A DNA stretch of 64,000 nt from positions 116,352-180,351 of the forward strand of contig LCDA01000001.1 in assembly GCA_000998275.1 (NCBI GenBank). The letters are read 5' to 3'. The stretch is from Candidatus Collierbacteria bacterium GW2011_GWA2_42_17 (lineage in GTDB: Bacteria > Patescibacteriota > Microgenomatia > UBA1400 > MFAQ01). Every line of letters starts with the position of its first letter. Within the stretch, counting starts at the first letter, position 1. The translations under genes and the position numbers were made by a program. This document shows, in pieces, positions 49,475 to 58,175 of the stretch. Below the pieces are notes generated by a model. The model saw only the letters and a list, made by a program, of their open reading frames with translations. It did not search any database and was not told the origin of the DNA.

Positions 49475-49933
49475 TTAGTTTTGAGGAACAATAACCATCT
49501 GGCGGAAAGGGGCTTCTCCGCGAGACTCAGTTTTAATACCGGGGAATTCGGAAAGGAACATGTGAATAATGCGACGTTCATAGGAACTGAGATTGGGAAG
49601 AATAATTTCCTTTTGAAGACTGACGGCTCTCTCAGCAGCATCTTGAGCTAACTCTTTGAGAGTTTCTTCGCGACGTTCCTGATAGTCATTGACGTTGAGA
49701 TGAAGTTTTGGCCAGACACCAAATCTCTGAAAAATTATTAGGGAAAAAATCATGCGAAGAGCCGAAAGACCTTCACCATGATGACCGACAAAAACACCGG
49801 CTGATTCTTGGGGGAGAGTAAGAGAGATATTGACGTTTTCATCGTCGGCTAGATCAATGGCTATTTGATCTTCATTGAGGGCAAGTTGGGAGAGAACGTT
49901 AGAAAGTATTTCTTTTATTTTTGACTGATCCAT
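49475..49933 (-). CDS. jag: Jag/KhpB-like KH + R3H RNA-binding protein
   Basis: GVFVGHHGEGLSAL (KH), ERRIIH (R3H); position after yidC. Confidence 0.88.
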   Translation of the reverse strand: MDQSKIKEILSNVLSQLALNEDQIAIDLADDENVNISLTLPQESAGVFVGHHGEGLSALRMIFSLIIFQRFGVWPKLHLNVNDYQERREETLKELAQDAAERAVSLQKEIILPNLSSYERRIIHMFLSEFPGIKTESRGEAPFRQMVIVPQN

Positions 49934-49964
49934 TTTGGTTGTTATTTATTTTTAAGCAAATTGA

Positions 49965-50717
49965 TTATTTTCCGGTCACTCGAGTAATAAGTACACGAGC
50001 CTTGTTGTAGAAGGGAATAAGACCGCCCCAACCAGAGAAGAAGTATTGTTGAACAAGAGAAAAAACGGTAGAGATAACCCAGTAAAGGACAAGCCCAGAT
50101 TGGAAGTTAAGAGAGATAATAACGGTCATGAGGGGCATCATATAGATCATTTGTTTTTGCATACTGGAGGCCATTTCAAGATTATTTTCTTCTTTTTTCT
50201 TTTCGTCTTTCTTTTTGGGGTTGTGAACATGTGACTCAATTCCGGACTGCATCATAAGAGAAAAAACGAGTTGAGAAACACCGGCAAGGATAGGCATAAT
50301 GTAAGTACGATCGGGTTTGGTGAGATCGAGATAGAGGAAATATGGGTTGAGAACTGTGCCACCAACAGAGGACTGTTTAAGAAAATACATGAAGACTTGG
50401 TAGAGAGAAATAAGAATAATAATCTGAAAAATTTGAGGAAGACAGCCGGCAGCAGGGTTGATACCTCTTTCTTTATAGAGAGCAACTTGGGCTTGCTGTA
50501 GGGCGGCTTTGTCGGTGTGTTTGGATTTGAGTCTATCTAGTTCAGGTTTAAGATCCTGCATCTTTTTGGCGGAACGAAGAGAGGGAATAACTAAAGGAAG
50601 AAGAATTATCTTGGTAATAAGGGTAATAGCAATGATGGAAAGACCAAGATTGCCACCGAAGAGTTGGTAGAAAAAAAGAAGTGATTGATAAAGGATTCCG
50701 TTTATTGGTGCGAGCAT
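49965..50717 (-). CDS. yidC: Membrane protein insertase YidC
   Basis: GLSIIAIT, KMQDLKPE, GINPAAGCLP..Q, GLVLYWV; canonical synteny. Confidence 0.93.
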   Translation of the reverse strand: MLAPINGILYQSLLFFYQLFGGNLGLSIIAITLITKIILLPLVIPSLRSAKKMQDLKPELDRLKSKHTDKAALQQAQVALYKERGINPAAGCLPQIFQIIILISLYQVFMYFLKQSSVGGTVLNPYFLYLDLTKPDRTYIMPILAGVSQLVFSLMMQSGIESHVHNPKKKDEKKKEENNLEMASSMQKQMIYMMPLMTVIISLNFQSGLVLYWVISTVFSLVQQYFFSGWGGLIPFYNKARVLITRVTGK

Positions 50718-50719
50718 AG

Positions 50720-50950
50720 TTATTTAATTTTATCAGGAACAGGGTCGAAACCACCTTTTGAGAAGGGATTACATCTTAGGATTCTATTAAGTGACAGTTT
50801 TGTCCCTTGAATAATACCATATCGGCGGTAAGCTGTCTTGGAATAGACAGAACAAGTGGGGGTAAAACGACAGGCAAAAGAGGAACCAAAGAAAGCTTTA
50901 CCGAAGGCATGGTAAAAAGGCGAGAAATATTTGTGGTAAAGAGAAAACAT
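50720..50950 (-). CDS. yidD: Membrane protein insertion efficiency factor YidD
   Basis: [25 protein letters not shown]. Confidence 0.93.
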   Translation of the reverse strand: MFSLYHKYFSPFYHAFGKAFFGSSFACRFTPTCSVYSKTAYRRYGIIQGTKLSLNRILRCNPFSKGGFDPVPDKIK

Positions 50951-50951
50951 A

Positions 50952-51290
50952 TTATTTGGAAAAAATATTTTTAAGATCTTCAATGAGGGATTGATGATCT
51001 TCTATCAAAACCTGCTTTTTGGGAATTAACAGATAGTCTTTTGGGGAAATTAAAGAAAAAATGTCTTCGACGAGAGCTGAGGTTATTCTTTTAATTTTGT
51101 TGCGATCAGTAGCGAGAGGGGCGGTTTTTTTTGACAAGAGAATAGCCAGACGGGGAGATTGAGACTTATTATTCTCGGGAGTGTCCGCAACAACTAAGGT
51201 AAAAAATTTACCAAAAACGGTCTTACCAACTTTGTTTAAGCGGTCCCTTTCAAAACGGAGAGATAAGCGATGAGCTCTAGCTAGAGCCAT
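50952..51290 (-). CDS. rnpA: Ribonuclease P protein component
   Basis: SKK...ATDRNKIKR (RNR motif); follows rpmH. Confidence 0.85.
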   Translation of the reverse strand: MALARAHRLSLRFERDRLNKVGKTVFGKFFTLVVADTPENNKSQSPRLAILLSKKTAPLATDRNKIKRITSALVEDIFSLISPKDYLLIPKKQVLIEDHQSLIEDLKNIFSK

Positions 51291-51293
51291 AGA

Positions 51294-51431
51294 TTAAACG
51301 GATAATTTTGTCCTACCTTTGGCGCGGCGACGTTTGATAACGTTGCGACCGTCATGGGTGGCCATTTTAATGCGGAAACCGTGGGTACGAATGCGTTTCT
51401 TTTTCTTGGGTTGATAGACTCTTTTTGGCAT
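51294..51431 (-). CDS. rpmH: 50S ribosomal protein L34 (below the ORF-track cutoff)
   Basis: Translated by hand: [45 protein letters not shown]. Confidence 0.97.
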   Translation of the reverse strand: MPKRVYQPKKKKRIRTHGFRIKMATHDGRNVIKRRRAKGRTKLSV

Positions 51432-51617
51432 GGTTTTATTTTATCATTTCCGCCAGGAGCGGACAGGGATTAACGGGTTATTATACCTCAATCTTATTGA
51501 TTTATAATATCAATTTGTTTTTTTAAGATCCAATAATGATTGAAGAAGATTTTGCGGAGATCGGGCACAGTGATGTTCTGTGATGTCTTTTTGATGGGTA
51601 TTTTGGGGGTTGTAGGT

Positions 51618-51626
51618 TGTGGATAA
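51618..51626 (-). promoter_or_regulatory. DnaA box upstream of dnaA
   Basis: TGTGGATAA, the reverse complement of TTATCCACA. Confidence 0.75.
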
Positions 51627-51673
51627 CGTGATAAAACTGAACTACACCTGCCCGATTATTAATATTTTATGTT

Positions 51674-53056
51674 ATGGAAATTGACGCCAGTCATCTATGG
51701 CAAGCAGTCTGCGGAGAGCTGGTGGTTTCTATGTCTCAAGCCGGTTTTAATGGATTTGTAAAACCCTGTTATATCAAAACGATAACACCAATCGACAACG
51801 AGAGAATAATTGTGGAGCTGGCAGCGCCGACAGCATACCACGTGAGGACAATCGATGAAAAATACTTCAGTACCATTAAACAGGCGATGGAAAAAATATC
51901 ACACAAGAGATGTGATGTGGCTTTAATTGTGGTGGAGGCGCAAAAAAAAGAAAAGGAAACAAAAACCAGTTCGAGAAACGAGAAGGAAGAACCAAATATG
52001 AATTTGTTTGTTTCAAATGAGCCCGACAAACAAGTGGGTAATAATTTAAACCCTAGATACCAATTTGAAAATTACGTAATGGGGAGTTCGAATCGCCTGG
52101 CTTTTGCCGCTGGAAAAGCGGTGGTAGATTTTCCCGGTACCCGACACAATCCTTTGTTTATCTATGGGGGAGTAGGAGTGGGTAAAACTCATCTAATGCA
52201 TGCCGTAGGTCACGAGTTAGTTAAAAAAGGGATTGGTAAAGTGGTTTATGTAACCTCGGAGCAATTTACTAATGATTTGGTGAATTCACTCCGATCAAAA
52301 ATGACTGAGGCTTTTAAGAAAAAATACCGTCAGGTGGGAGCGCTGCTGATTGATGATGTCCAGTTCTTTGGAGGAAAGGACTCAACACAAGAGGAGTTTT
52401 TCCATACTTTTAATGAACTAACAAATAAGTCGGCACAGATTGTGATGACATCTGATCGTAAACCTCAGGACATCGAAGGTTTAGAGGATAGATTGAAAAG
52501 TAGATTTTTGGGAGGAATGGCCGTAGATATCGGTTTACCGGACTACGAAATGAGATTGGCAATCTTAAGACAAAAAGCTCAGGAAATTAAAGTCGAAGTT
52601 GAGGATGGAGCCTATGAATTAATGGCAAATAACTTTAATACTAATGCTCGAGAACTTGAAGGTACTTTTGTAAAGTTGGCGGTTGGAGCAAGTCTGGAAG
52701 AGGGAGTACTGACGAAGGAAATGGTGCAACAAACAATGGGACTGCCGGCGAGTTTTATAAAGGAAGTTAAGGTAAGACCTATTAAGGTAGTATCAACAGT
52801 GGCTAAATATTTTGATTACAGAAATAAAGATTTATTGGGAACAAGCAGAAAAGCCGATTTGGTGGTGGCCCGCCACATTGCCATGTTTTTATTACGTGAT
52901 ACCTTAAATATTCAGTTGGAGAAAGTGGGGGAGATTATGGGTGGAAGAGATCATACCACCGTGATGCACGCAGTCGAAAAAATGAAGATTGAAGTAAACA
53001 AAAATGCCGATGTAAGGCGAAAAGTAACAGCCATTAAACAGGCGTTATACACTTAG
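51674..53056 (+). CDS. dnaA: Chromosomal replication initiator DnaA
   Basis: NPLFIYGGVGVGKTHL, LLIDDVQF, QEEFFHTFN, RELEG, GGRDHTTVMHA. Confidence 0.98.
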   Translation: MEIDASHLWQAVCGELVVSMSQAGFNGFVKPCYIKTITPIDNERIIVELAAPTAYHVRTIDEKYFSTIKQAMEKISHKRCDVALIVVEAQKKEKETKTSSRNEKEEPNMNLFVSNEPDKQVGNNLNPRYQFENYVMGSSNRLAFAAGKAVVDFPGTRHNPLFIYGGVGVGKTHLMHAVGHELVKKGIGKVVYVTSEQFTNDLVNSLRSKMTEAFKKKYRQVGALLIDDVQFFGGKDSTQEEFFHTFNELTNKSAQIVMTSDRKPQDIEGLEDRLKSRFLGGMAVDIGLPDYEMRLAILRQKAQEIKVEVEDGAYELMANNFNTNARELEGTFVKLAVGASLEEGVLTKEMVQQTMGLPASFIKEVKVRPIKVVSTVAKYFDYRNKDLLGTSRKADLVVARHIAMFLLRDTLNIQLEKVGEIMGGRDHTTVMHAVEKMKIEVNKNADVRRKVTAIKQALYT

Positions 53057-53350
53057 GTATCCACATTTTATCCCCAACACGTGGATAACTTGGAAAAAAG
53101 TGGATTAATAAGATTAAATTAAAAATTAGTGTTGATAAGGGAGTAAAGTTATCCCGAAAATTATCAACAAAAAAAATGAGTTGTTCTGAAAATAATAGTC
53201 TTTAAAAATAGATAATTGTTGCAAAAATACGGATATAACAAACGAAGATAATTTAATAACAAGAAAGACAGGCGATGAGCAAAGCTATAATCAACAAATC
53301 AACAGACATTACTACTACTGTTACTATTTTAGATTAATATAATAATTAGA
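53057..53350. other. Putative replication origin (oriC) with DnaA boxes, DnaA-trios and an AT-rich unwinding region
   Basis: Box variants GTATCCACA 53057, TTATCCCCA 53068, CGTGGATAA 53080, TGTTGATAA 53130, TTATCAACA 53161, tandem TAATCAACA/AAATCAACA 53288-53304, then ATTACTACTACTGTTACTATT and an AT-rich tract. Confidence 0.8.
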
Positions 53351-53360
53351 AGAAAATTCT

Positions 53361-54473
53361 ATGAAAATAATTGTCGAATCAGGAGAACTTAAAAGAACTT
53401 TAGGAATAGTGAGCCGAGGTGTGAGTTCAAGACCTCAGCTACCAATATTGTCAGGGGTGATGCTTAAAGCGAAAGATAATGAAGTAAGTTTGGTGGCGAC
53501 GGACTTGGAAATAAGTTTTTGGCTCAGTCTTTCAGCTAAGGTTGAAGAAGAGGGTGAAGTGGTGGTACCGGCAAAGTTGTTTTCAGAGCTGGTGTCGAGT
53601 TTTCCTTCTGGAAATGTAACTTTGTCTGTAGAAAAACATGTAGTCAAAATCGAAGTAGATGGCATTGTTTCTGAAATTGTGGGTCAGGGAGCTGAAGACT
53701 TTCCGAGTGTTCCGAGAGCCAATAAGGCTCAAGTCGTCCTTCGAAGTGGAGATTTTAGACAAAAAATAGACAGAGTGTGTGTGAGTGCGGCTCGTGATGA
53801 TACAAGACCAGTGTTGACAGGAGTGCTGTGGGAGATCAATGAAGAAAAGGTGTCTTTGGTGGCGACAGACGGATATCGTTTGTCGGTTGATAGTCTGACT
53901 TTGTCAAAAACAGAACTAGAGAAAGAAACACGACTAATTCTTCCGGCAAGATCACTGCAAGAAATTTCGAAAATGTTGGGTGAAACAGGAGCGGATGATT
54001 TTTCGTTGGAGTTTAATAAAAGTAATCAACAGGTCATTTTTAAAGTAGGGGAGATTGAGGTAACTTCGAGACTAATCGCAGGCGAGTTTCCTCCTTATCA
54101 ACAGATCATGCCGAACACTTACTCATCAAGAGCGGTATTTGGCAAAGGAGAGATACTAGAAGGCGTCAAAAGAGCCAGTTTGTTTGCAAGGGACAATGCT
54201 AATATCGTAAAGCTACAGATGGAAAAAGATAAAGTGGTGGTGAGAGCAGAAAATTCACAAGTAGGAACAAGTGTGAGTAACGTCCCGGCAACGACAGAAG
54301 GTGATGAATTAACGGTGGCTTTTAATGCTAGATATCTGCTGGATTATTTGGCTAGCTGTACTTCAGAAACAGTAATTTGGGAAACTGAAGGTGAGCTAAA
54401 ACCAAGTGTATTTCGAAATGAGGATGAGAAAACCTGGGTTCAGGTAGTGATGCCTGTTCGGGTTCAGGAGTAA
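53361..54473 (+). CDS. dnaN: DNA polymerase III beta clamp
   Basis: ATDLE, RPVLTGV, VATDGYRL, SRLI.GEFPPY, AFNARYLLD, VMPVR. Confidence 0.97.
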   Translation: MKIIVESGELKRTLGIVSRGVSSRPQLPILSGVMLKAKDNEVSLVATDLEISFWLSLSAKVEEEGEVVVPAKLFSELVSSFPSGNVTLSVEKHVVKIEVDGIVSEIVGQGAEDFPSVPRANKAQVVLRSGDFRQKIDRVCVSAARDDTRPVLTGVLWEINEEKVSLVATDGYRLSVDSLTLSKTELEKETRLILPARSLQEISKMLGETGADDFSLEFNKSNQQVIFKVGEIEVTSRLIAGEFPPYQQIMPNTYSSRAVFGKGEILEGVKRASLFARDNANIVKLQMEKDKVVVRAENSQVGTSVSNVPATTEGDELTVAFNARYLLDYLASCTSETVIWETEGELKPSVFRNEDEKTWVQVVMPVRVQE

Positions 54474-54474
54474 T

Positions 54475-55494
54475 TTACTTTGAGGCAGGTAAAGCATAGA
54501 TGCCGGACTGTTGGGTGACGTTGGTGCCGGTTAAATTTCCTTCGAGAATATAGATGGGAAGGTAGACATTTTGAATTTGAAGATAGCCAATTTGTGATTG
54601 GGAGACAGAAAGATCTATTTTTTTACTGGAAGCTGTTTGAAAATTTACATCAAGATCAGGAGAGGCATTTAATCTTTGAGCAGAGTTAGCTAATTTTTTA
54701 ACATCAACGAAAGGATAAATAACTAATTCCTTGCCTAGGGCGACGGAAGTAAAGCCACCAACAATAGAGATACTATGAATATTTAGATTGTGATCAAGAT
54801 AGAAGGTAAAAACAGCACCAGTTTCCGACTGAGCGAGGACAGGAAATTGATTGATTGACTGATAGAAGGAAACGCGAACAAGATCGGCATTTTCTATGGT
54901 TGAAGGAGAAGAATAAATATTAAAAGTTTTATAGTAATCGACCCTTTGATTTATAAGGGTGGCTTCAACATCTTCACCAAAAAGATCCTTGATGATTTTG
55001 CGAGCGGCAGTGAGACTATTTTCTTGAGTAAAGAGAGGTCCATCTTGAACAGGAGGATTATTGGTGGAGTAGATAATGGAGTTGTTTTTGGTGTTAATAA
55101 CAAGAGAGTGTTTGCTGTTTGACCAGATGGAGATATTAGTGTCTTTGACAGTGACCTTTTGAGAATTTGAAAAACCGAGTAAAGAAGGAAGTCTGTTCTG
55201 ATTATCAGATGAAGTTAAAGGCGAAACAAGTGAGTATTCATAAAGTTTTTCCGGTGTTTGGGGATCTTTAACTTCGTTCCATTTGATATTTAAAACAGGA
55301 GTGGGTAGGGGAGAGGTAGTAGTGGAGGTAGTGGTAACAAGAGAAGGAATAAGAGGTTCGGTGCTTGGAGATTTTTCGGTTTGTAAAACACCAGTAAAGG
55401 CGTTGATAACAATAATTAAGACGACAACAACGGCAAGAATTATTAAGTTGGTTCGGAGTTTTGATTGGGTAAAAAAATTAAGGATGTTTTTCAT
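54475..55494 (-). CDS. Hypothetical membrane-anchored extracellular protein (last gene of the VirB4 cluster)
   Basis: N-terminal TM, T/P linker, beta-rich body ending 'YLPIYILEG'. Confidence 0.65.
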   Translation of the reverse strand: MKNILNFFTQSKLRTNLIILAVVVVLIIVINAFTGVLQTEKSPSTEPLIPSLVTTTSTTTSPLPTPVLNIKWNEVKDPQTPEKLYEYSLVSPLTSSDNQNRLPSLLGFSNSQKVTVKDTNISIWSNSKHSLVINTKNNSIIYSTNNPPVQDGPLFTQENSLTAARKIIKDLFGEDVEATLINQRVDYYKTFNIYSSPSTIENADLVRVSFYQSINQFPVLAQSETGAVFTFYLDHNLNIHSISIVGGFTSVALGKELVIYPFVDVKKLANSAQRLNASPDLDVNFQTASSKKIDLSVSQSQIGYLQIQNVYLPIYILEGNLTGTNVTQQSGIYALPASK

Positions 55495-55503
55495 ATGGTT
55501 ATA

Positions 55504-58167
55504 TTAGTTAGTATAAACCTGAGGTCTATTAGAACAGCTGGTTATACCAGGGTAAAGTTCACCAAGGGGGCAGTTTTCGGAAAGTTGAATTCCACCGGCC
55601 GGACATTGATTGTAAAGAAGACCTTTGTATTCATAGTGAAGGTGAGGTCCCGTTCCAGCAGTACCGGTGGTTCCTAAAATAGAACCAATTTCGACGCTAC
55701 CTCCGACGGCAACATCAATACTGGTGAGATGAGCATAAACAACTTTAAAAGCGGTGCCATCTTCGAGGACAGAATCAATAATGAGAATGTCGGTATTGAG
55801 ATACTCCGATGAAAAACCGGCAAAACTAACAACACCAAAGGTGGTACTAATAACAGGAGTACCAAGAGGGGTACCAATATCAATAGATTGATCATAACCG
55901 GTGTTACCATGAGAACCTTTTCCCCCCGGACCTTGAGTGAGGATATAACCTTCACCAACCGGCCAGGTATTGGGACATCCAGGAAGAATTGTACCGGTAT
56001 AGGCAGTTTTGGGGGTCGATTCAAGTTGAACAAGAGTGGATATTAAAGGAGCAACGACAATGGAGGTGATGTAAAAGAAAAAGACAATAAGAGTACCGGC
56101 GGTAATGATACCAACAGCGGAACTAGCAGCAACCACAGTAGTGGTGCCAAGACCGGAAAAAAAGGAGACTACTCCTCCCGCAAAAGAGGCGATACCCATG
56201 GCGGGGATAGCAAGAACGTCACGAGTTTTTACTTCTTCACCATAGACAGATCTGGCAAGAGCTTTAGTAAAGCCAATAATTTTTTCGCCGACCCAAAAAG
56301 AGATATCAATTAAGACGGCAAGAAGAAGTCCGAGACCGGGAACGACATTGGCAACTTGAGCACCAGCTTCGAGAGCAACTTTGATACCAACTTTGGCACC
56401 GACTTTAACGGCAGCTTTGGTGGCGGCCTGTTGAGCAAGTTTTTTAAAGGTTTCCTTGAGACCGTTTTTGAGAAGCATTTCGGCTCCTTTTTTGAGAGTC
56501 TCGTTTGTAAGGCGTTGGACTAATTGTCTGGTAATAAATTCACCGGCTTTTCGACCCGCCCAAGATCGAAGAGTTCCCCAAGGATCTTGAATAACCCGAA
56601 AAACAGTACCAAAACCTCCGGGAATTTTATCTGAGACTCTTCCAAAAAATTTTGAAACTGAACCGAAAGTTCGGCCAATTCTGGTAGATGTTTGAGAAAT
56701 CTCTTTTCCTAAAAGAGACTGGGAGATCTTTCTGATTTGGCTGCCGGCAGAGTCAAAAATATCTTTGCGTGTGGTATAAAGTTTTCCTAGAGCAGAGTCG
56801 GGTTTATTTTGGGCAAAAAGACGAGCTTTGGTGAGAAGCTGGGGAGTAAGTTCTTTGCCATATAAAAGAACGGCTTGCGGAGACAAATCAGAATTTTGTG
56901 TTTGGGGGGTGTTGAGAAGACTGGCGGCATATTCAGCTTGATAACCTGAGTTGGGACGGAGAGTCCCCGGAAAATTTTGTCGAAGGGCATCTTCAAGAAG
57001 ATGAGCATCATCCATAGGGGTGGGGATATGGGCTTTAATACCGTTAATCTCAAGATTGTTATGAATTGAAACAATATTTTTATTGGCTAGTTCAATTCGA
57101 TCCTGGAGATCTGGATCGTGAGAAAGTCTTTCTTCACGGTTTTTTTCAAAGCCTTTGAAAGACTCCGTTTGTTTGGTTATTAAATCGGTAAGTTGGGTCG
57201 AATGAGATTCTATTGAGGCCGAAAGATGTTCATTTTCAGCAATAAGATTTTTTATTTCAAGAGATAATTTTTTCTTTTCTGATTCGGGCAGAGAGGAAAT
57301 TTCATCTTGGAGACTAATAATTATTTGTTCATTATCGGAAATTTTTGTTTCAGATACGGTAGCTTGACTATTTAAAGAAGTCACTTCTTGATAAATAGTG
57401 GAAACAAAACCTCCGGGAATGGTAGCAAGATTAGTTTTATCCGACTCTGCAAGAGATGAAATGTCGATTTGGAGAGTAGAAGCTTGAATTGCCGTGTCGA
57501 GATCTCGGACACCAACGAGATTAAGTTCGGCTGCTGAGGAAATAATTTGCTCTTGTAATTTAGGAGAGAGTTTGGAAAAGCCAGTATAAGTATGGGCAAC
57601 TTCTTTGATGGCAACGAAGGATGAGTTTAAAGCTTCTTTTTTGGATCCTGATTTAGGAGACCCAAGAGAAACAAGAAGGTCATCTACCTGTTTAAAATTT
57701 TCTCCTTGAGATTGTCTTCTTTCTCGATTGGCCAAAGCAAGATCTTTAATTTTAGAATGAGCGATGGCAATTTTGACTTGTTCGGCAACCGTTTTTTGAG
57801 GACTTGATTTAATTTCTTCACTTTCAAGTAAGGCAAGATTTTGTTGATACTCGGCAACCAGAGCTTCAATTTCCGGAGGAATTGAAGCTGCTTGTTCTTT
57901 AGTTGTTTCCTTTTTTATAACCTCTTCTTTTTCTTTTTCCGCTTGTTTTTCTAGATTGGCGATGTAGTCGGTGACAGCAGAAATAGGAAGATTTTTGAGA
58001 AATTTGGAGTAGCTGTTGGTGAAAAAATATTTTTCGCCAAAGTATTTTTGGGCAAGGGAAAAGATTTTTAAATCATCTTTGGTGAGAGAGGCTTCCGCTT
58101 TTTGAGAACTGAGAAGATCAGTTACTTGATGAAGCTGCTGGATAACAATTTCTTTTCCTGATGCCAT
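55504..58167 (-). CDS. Large coiled-coil/TM protein with a C-terminal M23 peptidase
   Basis: Charged helical N-terminus, G/A-rich hydrophobic segments, SH......SIDIG, YAHL, TGPHLHYE. Confidence 0.8.
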   Translation of the reverse strand: MASGKEIVIQQLHQVTDLLSSQKAEASLTKDDLKIFSLAQKYFGEKYFFTNSYSKFLKNLPISAVTDYIANLEKQAEKEKEEVIKKETTKEQAASIPPEIEALVAEYQQNLALLESEEIKSSPQKTVAEQVKIAIAHSKIKDLALANRERRQSQGENFKQVDDLLVSLGSPKSGSKKEALNSSFVAIKEVAHTYTGFSKLSPKLQEQIISSAAELNLVGVRDLDTAIQASTLQIDISSLAESDKTNLATIPGGFVSTIYQEVTSLNSQATVSETKISDNEQIIISLQDEISSLPESEKKKLSLEIKNLIAENEHLSASIESHSTQLTDLITKQTESFKGFEKNREERLSHDPDLQDRIELANKNIVSIHNNLEINGIKAHIPTPMDDAHLLEDALRQNFPGTLRPNSGYQAEYAASLLNTPQTQNSDLSPQAVLLYGKELTPQLLTKARLFAQNKPDSALGKLYTTRKDIFDSAGSQIRKISQSLLGKEISQTSTRIGRTFGSVSKFFGRVSDKIPGGFGTVFRVIQDPWGTLRSWAGRKAGEFITRQLVQRLTNETLKKGAEMLLKNGLKETFKKLAQQAATKAAVKVGAKVGIKVALEAGAQVANVVPGLGLLLAVLIDISFWVGEKIIGFTKALARSVYGEEVKTRDVLAIPAMGIASFAGGVVSFFSGLGTTTVVAASSAVGIITAGTLIVFFFYITSIVVAPLISTLVQLESTPKTAYTGTILPGCPNTWPVGEGYILTQGPGGKGSHGNTGYDQSIDIGTPLGTPVISTTFGVVSFAGFSSEYLNTDILIIDSVLEDGTAFKVVYAHLTSIDVAVGGSVEIGSILGTTGTAGTGPHLHYEYKGLLYNQCPAGGIQLSENCPLGELYPGITSCSNRPQVYTN

Positions 58168-58175
58168 GAGTTGAT

